From Octopus sinensis (taxonomy: Eukaryota): a stretch of DNA of 10,051 nucleotides. This document shows, in pieces, positions 1-9,076 of this stretch. The DNA lies in assembly GCF_006345805.1 (NCBI RefSeq), contig NW_021827713.1, positions 1 to 10,051 on the forward strand. Direction: 5' to 3'. Each line of letters opens with the position of its first letter. Position 1 is the first letter of the stretch. Position numbers and translations under genes: made by a program. The notes below the pieces were generated by a model. The model ran no database searches and was not told the origin of the DNA. It saw nothing but the letters and a program-made list of their open reading frames with translations.

Positions 1-350
1 TTCTAAATATTAGCAAATATTTTGAAGGAGAAGACAAATGTGATATTTTTCTTAAAAACATGAAATACATCATAGGAATCGGGGAAAAAAAAACTTGAAT
101 CACCTTGGAAACTTTTGGTAAAATATTTACAATATTTTATTGCTGGTAAGGGTTATAACATTGGTTATAATATCAAGAATTTTACCAAAAATGGGTTTAA
201 CTGTATTTATTTTTTCTTTTCTTTTATTTATTTATTTATTCTCTTCTTTACCGTTTATAACAACAATGACAATGGTGAAATTGAAACAAAAAGATCATTT
301 TGAAATATTACCGTGAAATATCTATAGAGTAGTAGTTGTAGTAGTAGTAA

Positions 351-397
<47 letters not shown>

Positions 398-797
398 ATA
401 GTATAGAGTTGTAGTAGTAGTAGTAGTAGTAGTAGTAGCTGTATTGAAGTAGATATGTAGCTATTTAGGTAGATAAGTAGGTAAGTAGATAGGTAGATAG
501 ATATGTGTTATAGTAAGACGAAGTTTGGAATGATTGTAAAGGATAATTAAGAAACCGAAGAACGATATGGTAGTTGAATATGGAACAAACGATTATTTTA
601 TTTTTTTAGTAAATTTAGTCAGAATATTTGGTGCAGTAGGGGTTGGTGAGGTGAAGGCAGACGAGAGGCCTTTTTTCATTCCCTTCGAACAAACAGTGAC
701 GAACAGATAGCTGTGGGTGCAGTCTCCCGTTGACATTGTTTTTTAATATTTTATTTTCGTACTGCAGAAGCGGGGCAAGAGATTCAGCACAAATATT
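1..797 (-). other. 3' UTR and downstream region; true end not determined
   Basis: Follows the stop at 800-798. Candidate AATAAA hexamers lie on the minus strand at about 750-755, about 597-602 and in a cluster at about 223-240. Confidence 0.5.
329..438. repeat. (TAG)n / (CTA)n microsatellite
   Basis: Directly visible, imperfect; followed by decayed (TAGR)n up to about 502. Confidence 0.95.
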
Positions 798-832
798 TTA
801 CTTTTGTTGTTTCTTTATCATCTTCACGAATT
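798..832 (-). CDS. Terminal coding exon of the squidulin-like gene, (E)FVKMIKKQQK*
   Basis: Minus strand reads attaatattcttgctactttcatttcag|AA TTC GTG AAG ATG ATA AAG AAA CAA CAA AAG TAA. A phase-1 join with the 8494 exon gives YEEFVKM, the expected end of EF4. Confidence 0.9.
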
Positions 833-1349
833 CTGAAATGAAAGTAGCAAGAATATTAATACGTGTACACTTCCAGAGATTCTCAATATAGAAAAAACTT
901 CGTAGCGCTCAAATAATTTGAACATACACTCCCAAACGTTTATCGAGGACCAAGTGCCATGGTGTGGCTAGAAGGGGAATCCAGGTGAGCAGATGTGGAA
1001 ACAATGATGCAAATAAACAAATAAAACGGTTTGGGTGAGATGTACAAAATATGTATATAGATATGTACACATGTATGCATGTAAAAAGAAAGCAAAGGCA
1101 GATATATTTTAGACGATGAGTATTCAAGTATAAATATATATTGACACAGCAAACTTACAGACAGAATATAGGCTCAGAAAATTAAAGTGGGGAAGGTATG
1201 GTGTTACAAGTCCGACATCTGAGGCTTGGGGTTACTTCATAGCTTTGGCAAATAAACATGCAATAGATCCGGTCTCTCTATTCAGTGTGCAGCGATAAAA
1301 ATCTAACATTTTTCACCTCATGATGTAGGGAAATTTAAATGTAGAAACT

Positions 1350-1416
1350 TATATATATATATATATATATAAATATTATATATATATATATATATTATAC
1401 ATATATATATATATAT

Positions 1417-1468
<52 letters not shown>
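1350..1468. repeat. (AT)n microsatellite
   Basis: Directly visible. Confidence 0.95.
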
Positions 1469-1475
<7 letters not shown>

Positions 1476-1497
1476 TATCAAGATTAAAATTATTTTC

Positions 1498-2019
1498 ATT
1501 ATTATTATTGAGTGAAAGAGCAGCGCATGCCATCAAAGGGACACTGGGGTAAAATATACGAAGCCCAGTATACCCATCATGACTACCCGTTTGATAAGGG
1601 TACACGAAGCACAGGCATCACAACCATATGTGCACAACATGGTGATCACATATCAAGATAAACAGCGCATTAACTTGCAGGTAGGGCCCAGCTAGGAATT
1701 TCTTCAGTCTGAATAGTCCATCCTGCTCAAAAGGTCCCTGAAAGGGTTTTTTTCAGAATGTTGAACGAAACACCCTTGTTTCCAGAGGTAAATTATTCAA
1801 ACCCCCAAGAATTTCTCCCAACACATGGCTATGATGCTCCCACACTACTTCGGCTCGTGATCCGAGATGCATATATCGTCAACCACCAAGGAACTTGTTC
1901 AACTGGTAAAGGTCAAACAACTGAGAAGCAAATCTGTGGTATTGAGCAGAGTATTTGCTGTAGCCCGTCTTTTATACCAAGAGAAATCAATGAACATGAT
2001 AACACTTCCAATTAGTTAA
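1498..2019 (-). mobile_element. 3' end of a non-LTR retroelement-like interspersed repeat with an (AAT)n tail, 5'-truncated
   Basis: Block of higher GC ending on the minus strand in CACTCAATAATAATAAT. It resembles a common octopus repeat from memory. No recognisable protein domain. Confidence 0.6.
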
Positions 2020-2024
2020 TATTT

Positions 2025-2182
2025 ATATTTTGTTGTGCCTGGGTAGAGCCATTTTCTGTTAGTGCCTTATTATTTAACACACGCACCGGTAAAGTTTCCA
2101 CTCAGTTATTTACTTTACCGGTGAGTGTCTTAAGTAATAAGGCACTAAAAGAAAATGACTCGCCCCAGGCACAACAAAATAT
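2025..2182. repeat. Fold-back palindrome, 71-bp arms (2025-2095 and 2112-2182), 16-nt loop
   Basis: ATATTTTGTTGTGCCTGGG...CACCGGTAAAGT versus ACTTTACCGGTG...CCCAGGCACAACAAAATAT; 64/71 complementary by hand count. Confidence 0.9.
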
Positions 2183-2243
2183 GCTTCAACCGCACGAACT
2201 CACATAAAGAATCTTGCCAACCAAATCCAAAAGGGAAATATAT

Positions 2244-2324
2244 AGAGAGAGTGACAGAGAGAGAGAGAGAGAAAGACAGACAGAGATGCAGGGAGAGAGG
2301 GAGATGTCTAGAGGGAGAGGGAGA
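2244..2324. repeat. (AG)n-rich purine tract
   Basis: Directly visible. Confidence 0.85.
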
Positions 2325-2874
2325 TAGTATATAGACCAATTCGTTGATAGACATACAAAGAGGTAGGTAAGTAGATGAGTAATTAATAGACAAACAAAAT
2401 TCAAATACATGAGTTCATTTGTCTTAGACTTGACTAACTTGAACATCTGCCTCAGTCAACGTTTAAAAAGTTTTGCTCACAAAGAAAGCAGGGACAACAC
2501 CGTTTATGCTAAAGCAATTTACACCTTTATTTGAGGAATGTGTAAATATCTTATAATTGGCTTGCTTCAAGGAAAGAACATGGTTGTGCTGAAAATATTA
2601 TTTGAGCGAGAAGTAATGTTCCACACCTGCTTCTTAATTGCTTATTCATGCGAATTCTTGATTACTCGAGATTATCTCCCCCTTCAATTCGGAGTTGGTT
2701 CCATTCACTGCTAGGTGTTCGTATAGTTACCTTTCCACAAAGCGAAAATAATTTTACTAGCTCAAGAGGATACATCATGTATAGGTCTTATAGTTTTTTG
2801 CTCTCGTCTCCTCTCGTGTCTCCCTTTTGCACACAAAGACCCATATGTTGTTAAATCTAAGAGGTGTTACAGGA

Positions 2875-2877
<3 letters not shown>

Positions 2878-2922
<45 letters not shown>

Positions 2923-3050
2923 TATATATATAATATTATATATATATGTATACATATATAAATATATTGTATCATATATAAATTATATGTATACATATAT
3001 ACATATGTGTGTTTGTGTATATAATATATAATAAATATATATATATATAT
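2878..3050. repeat. (AT)n microsatellite, imperfect
   Basis: Directly visible. Confidence 0.95.
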
Positions 3051-3678
3051 TGATTTTTTTAATGTCTCTACCCCCATATTTGCGTGAGTTGAATTGAGCA
3101 AACCTATATGAGAGAGGTTTTTCTTAAGTATTAGAAATAGTTTAAAAAAGTTTTTAGCTGCTATTTCTAATGAGTTCAGTATGCGGCAAAGTAATTTATT
3201 TTCTAAGCCCTTTTATATATGTAATAATTTGAATTCGCCTTAAATGGTCCCTTTGCATACTGATACTTGGTGAAATTGATTAATTAATTAATTTTACCTC
3301 AATTGTTGAAATTATATATATATATATATAGGTATGAAGCAAAAGTAGAGCTAGTTTTGTAAACATTATCGACGCACATACACAGTGATATGTTTTATAT
3401 AATTTTTTTCCTTGTAAGTTCGGATTTTATTTCCTCAAATAATAATTATATGTATATATATATATACATTAAATCGTAACCGCATTACATTATCGTAATT
3501 CAGCATGTGGATTATGTAAGATTAGCGCGTGACTAATATCACGAAAGAATTTTTATTTCAATTTGTTTCCCTTCCTGACAGCATAAGTAAATCGCACTAT
3601 AGAAAATTGCAATGTGTTGTATAGTTTGAGAGAGATGTCGATACTTTATTTGTTTCGTGCATTTTTAAATACATGCTT

Positions 3679-3682
3679 ACAT

Positions 3683-3718
<36 letters not shown>

Positions 3719-3797
3719 ACATATATTACATATATATTTTTAAACATATATAACTATATACATATATATTCATACAAATGTATACATTACATTATAT

Positions 3798-3833
<36 letters not shown>

Positions 3834-3835
3834 CA
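3679..3835. repeat. Compound (CA)n/(AT)n microsatellite
   Basis: Directly visible. Confidence 0.9.
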
Positions 3836-4201
3836 TCTAATGTATATAGTGTTCACTTCCGGACTCTCTCACTCTGTGAAAGATTATAGTTCGAATCACA
3901 CGTGTCTCGAGATGTGCTGAAGATTTTCTATTTTGGATATATTTGGGGGTACTTAGGTCTGCTCAGGACTGTGCTTGCTTTTTCCATGGTTATGAGTAAG
4001 TATTTCATTTATGTCTTACGTATTTATCGCTGACGATATTATGAATTAACTCTGAAATTGGGACCAATACGGTAATAACGGAATTTTTAGAAATTTCTAT
4101 CGGCTTGTTTCGAGACGCATTAATTATAATGGTTATTGACAATTTGTCAATTTTCGGCATATTTGGCATTAGAATTTTTCTTTTGCCCTTATTTTATAAG
4201 T

Positions 4202-4233
<32 letters not shown>

Positions 4234-4238
<5 letters not shown>

Positions 4239-4447
4239 ATTGCACGATACAAATATATGAAAGTATTTTTTCGAACGCAGAGTTGCCGTTAGAACAGCAG
4301 AAATATTGGGTAAACTATCCTTACAAGACTGGTTGTTGTCAAAATTTTCCGTCTTCTAAGGGTAATTTACCCAGTATTTCTGCCGTTCTAACGGCAACAG
4401 TGCATTGAAAAAATTTTTATCTACTTATTCGTATCGTACAATACACA
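4234..4447. repeat. Fold-back palindrome, about 96-bp imperfect arms, 21-nt loop
   Basis: Inner arms 4282-4329 and 4351-4398 pair at 43/48. Outer arms are TGTGTATTGCACGATACAAATA and TATTCGTATCGTACAATACACA. The sequence is homologous to 7721-7790. Confidence 0.9.
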
Positions 4448-4461
4448 TTTCGACGTTGCCT

Positions 4462-4568
4462 TATATATATATATATATATATATATTATATTATATGTGG
4501 TGTGTGTGTGTGTATGTGTGTGAGTGCGTATATATATATATATATATATGTATATGTGTGTGAGTGCG

Positions 4569-4601
<33 letters not shown>

Positions 4602-4675
4602 TATATATATATATAATACATATATATATAAAATGATATGTATATTTATGTTGTGGTGTGTGTTTGTGTGTGTGT
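4462..4675. repeat. Compound (AT)n/(GT)n microsatellite with an internal 40-bp duplication (4511-4590)
   Basis: TATGTGTGTGAGTGCGTATATATA occurs twice, 40 bp apart. Confidence 0.9.
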
Positions 4676-4962
4676 AGTAGGAAATAGCGGACTAAATATT
4701 TGAGCCATCATATTGTAAAGAATACCCAATCACTATAAATATCTTATAAATATTAAAGATCATCATTTACATTGTGAGTGATATTTCTGGAGTCTAAATC
4801 ATGTCTCAAGCTAACTATTGATATACGTACATGCTAATCCATTAACCTACAGAGACGTTGACTTCCCACATATATCTATAAATAAATTTACCTTTGCGTA
4901 CTTAATAAGCATACATGTAAACACTTCCACCCAGTTTTCCTCTCTCCTCCTCTCGATGAATA

Positions 4963-5025
4963 TTCGTGCATGTTTGATTATTGTTCTTGCCTCGGAACCA
5001 CAACGTTCCAGGTTCGTATCATCTT
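4963..5025 (+). mobile_element. Degenerate tRNA-derived repeat head
   Basis: CTTGCCTCGGAACCACAACGTTCCAGGTTCGTATC contains a B-box-like GGTTCG and resembles octopus SINE heads. The A box is decayed. Confidence 0.35.
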
Positions 5026-5408
5026 GAGTAAGTATCATTTACCAAAGTTCCAGGCCGATCAAACCACCTGAGCGAAATTGGGTACACGGGAACTCTGTTG
5101 CTAACTAATTTTATAAATTGATCACAGAATTTAAAGGCCCGGTCTTGTCACACAACCTATTTTTGATGATTCTGTCGGATGTATATTTTTAGGGTACACT
5201 TGACCAAGGGATGCCCCAGCCACTTACCAATGATTGAATGGTGAAACATATTTATCGAACAACTGAAAACCCATCGTGGAAACCGACGAAAATCCATTTA
5301 CTTACTTAGAAGTACCCAGATAGATAGATATGTATAAATGTATGTGTACATCAATGTATGTACATACGTATGTGACAGTATATATAAATATGTATGAAAG
5401 AGAGAGTA

Positions 5409-5412
<4 letters not shown>

Positions 5413-5451
<39 letters not shown>
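5413..5451. repeat. (TG)n microsatellite
   Basis: Directly visible. Confidence 0.95.
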
Positions 5452-5453
<2 letters not shown>

Positions 5454-6194
5454 TGGTGTTTACTAACTTAACGCTCTTCTCAATTATGCGATCTTTCCTA
5501 CTTAACAGAGTTGGCATATATCATGTTGTCGCTGAATGAATCTCAGAGTTTTATTTTGTCATTTCAAATGTCTCGAAAAGCTGTTAAATGTTGGCAATGA
5601 ACCAAAGCTATTTAGCCTTTAACTCTTTTGCTGTTATTGATCAATGCTGCTTCAAATGTGTGAGCTGATCTTTAAAGATTGGTTGTTCAGTTAACAGTTG
5701 GCAAGTAAACCTGTGCAAAAATGATGGAGGGGAAATATCTGCGTGTTTCGAAGATATGAGATGATTTTCTCGGTTTCCATGGCTTATTCTGCCACGACAT
5801 TAGGTTCAAGCATGAGAATACATGAAAAATGCTAACGTAAAATAAAATTACCTTTTATGAATTTCAGAGTATACAGACTCCTCATAAAAATTAGTTTCTT
5901 GCTTCAGTAGAATCAAACATATATATTGAATGGGTATACGTATGGTTGGTTGAATAGTGTCCGGTACACAAATATTTATCGAGAAAGGAAGAAATGATAC
6001 TTTATTTATTTCCATCCAACTCAGATGAGCTGGCAAAAATGCTAATTCGATCTCGGTTGGAAATTTCATATATGGTCGTAGTAGAATGAAATTAAATATT
6101 GTCAGCTAATGTATCACAAAGCCAGCACTCTGCGGATCTAATATGGACCACCCTCTAATTCCTATTAATATTTCTTTTAGACAGTGAGACATGG

Positions 6195-6487
6195 CCAACA
6201 GTACTGAGATAAAAGTGTAGACATTTTATCGACCATGAAAGGATCAATAGTCAAGCTGACCAAGACTGAATTAAAAACTACAAACGTGAAAGTTCACTTT
6301 GTTTGGCAGCCTAACTTTAAAGTTTCTGCCATTTATCATTCACCAATATAAAATTATATTGATTTCTAACGCTATCACAATGCCCCAACGTTTTGGAATG
6401 GAATATAATCTATTAAATGAGCTATCAATATTTGAGTAGTCCTTTAATTTATCGACACTAATGATAAACGGCAGAGTTGACCACAGG
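6195..6487 (-). mobile_element. Two old, diverged SINE fragments (Meta-domain-like)
   Basis: TTTTATCGACCATGAAAGGATC...AAGCTGACC at about 6225-6262 and TTTATCGACAC...AGAGTTGACC at about 6448-6482 resemble the antisense of the CATCCTTTCGGGGTCGATAAAAT motif. Confidence 0.45.
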
Positions 6488-7183
6488 AGAGGTCAGTTGC
6501 TCTTTTCTGTTTCAAATACCTACATAAAAGCTCGGTAATATTGTTGGAGATTTATAAATTTGCCAATACAACTGCTGTTCTTCGAATATTTAAACCGGTT
6601 ACTTTGAACTCCTCTGATTCTGAACTCCTCTGACTCAACTAACGAATAAACTTTTCGTTAAAACAATAAATACGGGTAATATATTGCGAACATCGACACA
6701 AAGATGGTATGTTCTGCATTCGTCGCACAATAAATCACAGCTAAATCTCTCTGGATCTCAACTTCCTAATGATAAAAACGGTAGGGCGCATATACTAATA
6801 TAGGACTAAATGTAGAAAACTGCGGTGTAATCACCGTTAGAATGATTTTGATTGTATAAATCTGGATAAGACATGAAAAACAGCAATGATTATCTTATCA
6901 GATTCCATTTATTGGTTTAAGAAAACTATCAGCCTATAAAGGAGTGAAACAGCATAACATTATATTTATTCGCATGATACTATCTGTTAGCAACCATTAT
7001 ATCATGAAACCAAATAAATTATGATACTATATTATCCTATAGCCTATCATGTGGTGACCAAATTGACCGGAACAGAAGTAAAAATTAGTGATTCACATCT
7101 ATTATGTAACATGTAGACAGACGTAAACCTTCATACATTCACATACACAAATCCACACAGACAGGTGTATATATATAATGCAT

Positions 7184-7236
7184 GTCTCTCTCTCTCTCTT
7201 TCTCTCTCTTTCTTTCTCTCTCTCTCTCTCTCTCTC
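7184..7236. repeat. (TC)n microsatellite
   Basis: Directly visible. Confidence 0.95.
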
Positions 7237-7640
7237 CAGCTGTCACATCCTCCCTATTCCACGGATTAAAAGTATTGATGCCTGCGTGCACCTATGTAGG
7301 AAGCGAAAACAATTAGCGAAAGTATAGCGTAAGCAAGTGGTGCGTAAGCTTCATATGTGTGTGTGTATGTGTGTGCGTACAACTTGCCCGACACGCACTG
7401 ACACACATATCCACATGTACATACATTCATATTTAAATGTGTTGGTAAACCAGAGTACTTGGTATACTTGACGTTTGTGAAACGTAAATATAACACTGTC
7501 TCTCAGGTGCACGGTACATTTGGTTATTGGAAAATAGTCCCATTTATCAGCACTCAATGACATCTCAGTTCGAACACAAACGTATTACTAGCGCTACTTT
7601 GTCTGGCATTAAAACACCTAAAATATACAAATTTGTCAGC

Positions 7641-7790
7641 GGGCGGTTTAGCTTAATGGTAAAGCACTCAACCGGAGACTATGAGGGATATGGGCTCGAG
7701 TCCCATGGCTATTAGGTGATAAATTTTCCGCTTTGTAAGAGTTATTTACCCAGTATTTCTGATGTTCTAACGGTAATTCTGAGTTCAAAT
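7641..7790 (+). mobile_element. tRNA-like head (Pol III A/B boxes) joined to a repeat body; SINE-like fragment
   Basis: A box TAGCTTAATGG at 7649-7659, D stem GCTT/AAGC, T arm ATGGG-CTCGAGT-CCCAT at 7690-7706. There is no acceptor stem. The body at 7721-7790 matches 4342-4410. Confidence 0.65.
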
Positions 7791-7874
7791 GAAAATCATC
7801 TAATTTGTAGCATTCAATATTAAGTATGTATGTATGTATATATATATATATTATAATATATATATATATATATG

Positions 7875-8168
7875 TCAAAATAAGCAACAGGGATATCCAG
7901 AGGTAATGCAGTACGATCGCTTCATGCGACTCCATTTAATTGAACAATCCTTACTTCAATTTAAAATGTAGAGCAATCTTCAGCTGCACAAAAACATAGA
8001 ATTTAATTTAAATTTGAAGGATACATTAGTATAATTTTACCTAAAATCTCCAAGAGGATAAGGAGATAGACAAAGAAGATGTTTTACCAACAACATCACA
8101 GTTATAAATGGAGTCGCATGAAACGATCGTACTGCATTACCTGTGGATATCCTTGTTGCTTATTTTGA
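7875..8168. repeat. Inverted repeat, 64-bp arms (7875-7938 and 8105-8168) with 166-nt spacer; probable Penelope-like pseudo-LTR remnant
   Basis: Arms are 61/64 complementary by hand count, contain the 3' half of the hammerhead motif, and lie between (AT)n tracts. Confidence 0.85.
7906..7989 (-). ncRNA. Putative type I hammerhead ribozyme (Penelope-like minimal stem III), A15.1G variant
   Basis: Minus strand reads GTGCAG-CTGAAGA-[53-nt hairpin]-GAAG-C-GATC-G-TA-CTGCAT. Stem I is GTGCAG/CTGCAT. Stem II is TGC/GCA, CTC/GAG, CATTT/AAATG and AATTGAA/TTCAATT. Loop III is the palindrome GATC and the cleavage triplet GUA is at 7914-7912. Folded by eye. Confidence 0.65.
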
Positions 8169-8493
8169 TTTTAATCACCTTATTTTAAATTGTATAGATA
8201 ATACTAAACTAAATTCTGGTGCCTCAACTTAAGTACCATATTCATCTGAGTCTAAATTTTAAATATATATATATATATATATATGTTGAGAGTGCGAAGA
8301 AGAATGGGACGGGGATGACTGATAGATGGGCAGATAAATAGACAAATCATTTAAAATCGTATTTTTGACGAAATCAGTCTGGATTCCATGGTCACGTGGC
8401 TTGATGCCTCTGCTCACATTATACTTCTCTGAATCTCCGAACAATGTCTGTAAAGGTAAACACACGTCAATAAATAGAATTCTTAATATTTAC

Positions 8494-8739
8494 CTTCATA
8501 ACTGACCATCCCATCACCATCCATATCTGCCTCTTTCATCATATCTTCTAGTTCTCCTTCGGTCAGCTTTTCTTCCGAGAAACTAAGCATGACTTGACGC
8601 AGTTCGGTAGCTGTTATAAGTCCATTACCATCTTTATCGAACACCTTGAAAGCTTCTTTCATTTCCCTCTCTGCGTCTGGTGGACCCATCTGTCTCGCCA
8701 TCATCTCCACAAATTCGGGATATTCGATTGTGCCATTTC
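8494..8739 (-). CDS. Internal coding exon of a calmodulin-like four-EF-hand protein, squidulin-like (end of EF2, linker, EF3, EF4 loop)
   Basis: Translates as (G)[81 protein letters not shown](E), with canonical loops [12 protein letters not shown] and [12 protein letters not shown]. Acceptor is ttttcttctag at 8750-8740 and donor is G|gtaaat at 8493. Both are phase 1, at the conserved calmodulin intron positions. TIEYxEFVEMMAxQMGP, GLIT and FSxEKLT match squid squidulin as I recall it, rather than true calmodulin. Confidence 0.95.
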
Positions 8740-9076
8740 CTAGAAGAAAATAAAATTACTTTTTCAGAAATAGAAGGAAAATTTGTTTTTGAAGTTTAAT
8801 TTCTGATAAATCCATATTCTTTACATTGAATACATATTGGATTGTTAGAAATATTCGTCTGTTGTTTTACTATTTATTTTAAACTTTTCCAACTTTATTT
8901 GAATTAGAACAAAAAATATTTTCTCGTGGTGTTTTGCATATCTTTTTTTTTTGTTTTGCTTTGGAGTAACTCTTTTCGTCCAATGCAAAGTTTTTTTTTT
9001 TACCGCTTTTAAAATACGAATAAATTTTAGTTCTTTTCAGACATTTGGCGATGGAGTGTCATATAATAAAAAAAAT

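Larger units (their letters stand above)
833..8493 (-). other. Last intron of the squidulin-like gene (7661 nt, GT-AG, phase 1)
   Basis: GT at 8493-8492 and polypyrimidine tract plus CAG ending at 833. The phases are compatible. Confidence 0.85.

Noticed and set aside
115-3889. Short ORFs rich in YI, HT, VC or SL repeats, and the 1758-2015 ORF
   Set aside because: These are translations of microsatellites or interspersed repeats with no domains or splice support.
3918-3924. CTGAAGA as a hammerhead core
   Set aside because: No suitably placed GAAA or supporting stems downstream.
4136-4408. Shared peptide ELPLExQKYWVN in ORFs 4136-4408 and 7648-7935 as a gene family
   Set aside because: It is explained by copies of the same non-coding repeat.
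5135-5323. Plus-strand frame interrupted only by three TGA codons (alternative genetic code or NUMT?)
   Set aside because: It is short, has no recognisable homology and is bounded by TAA and TAG. This is consistent with chance.
5848-6069. Cassette exon ending at AAG|GTAATT (about 5852)
   Set aside because: No protein similarity, it overlaps decayed repeat-like sequence, and insertion would break EF4.
6605-6636. 16-bp tandem duplication TGAACTCCTCTGAYTC
   Set aside because: Ordinary slippage duplication with no further structure.
7641-7712. Functional tRNA gene
   Set aside because: No acceptor stem, an 11-nt anticodon loop and a B-box T-to-C change; treated as a SINE-like head.
8419-8447. 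Alternative last exon after tttacctttacag, giving YEDIVRRFREV*
   Set aside because: It would need a 46-nt intron, which is very short, and it loses the EF4 E-F motif. The 798-832 exon fits far better.
8483-8710. ORF-track 75-aa protein as a stand-alone gene
   Set aside because: Its start and stop are artefacts of reading an internal exon past its splice sites.
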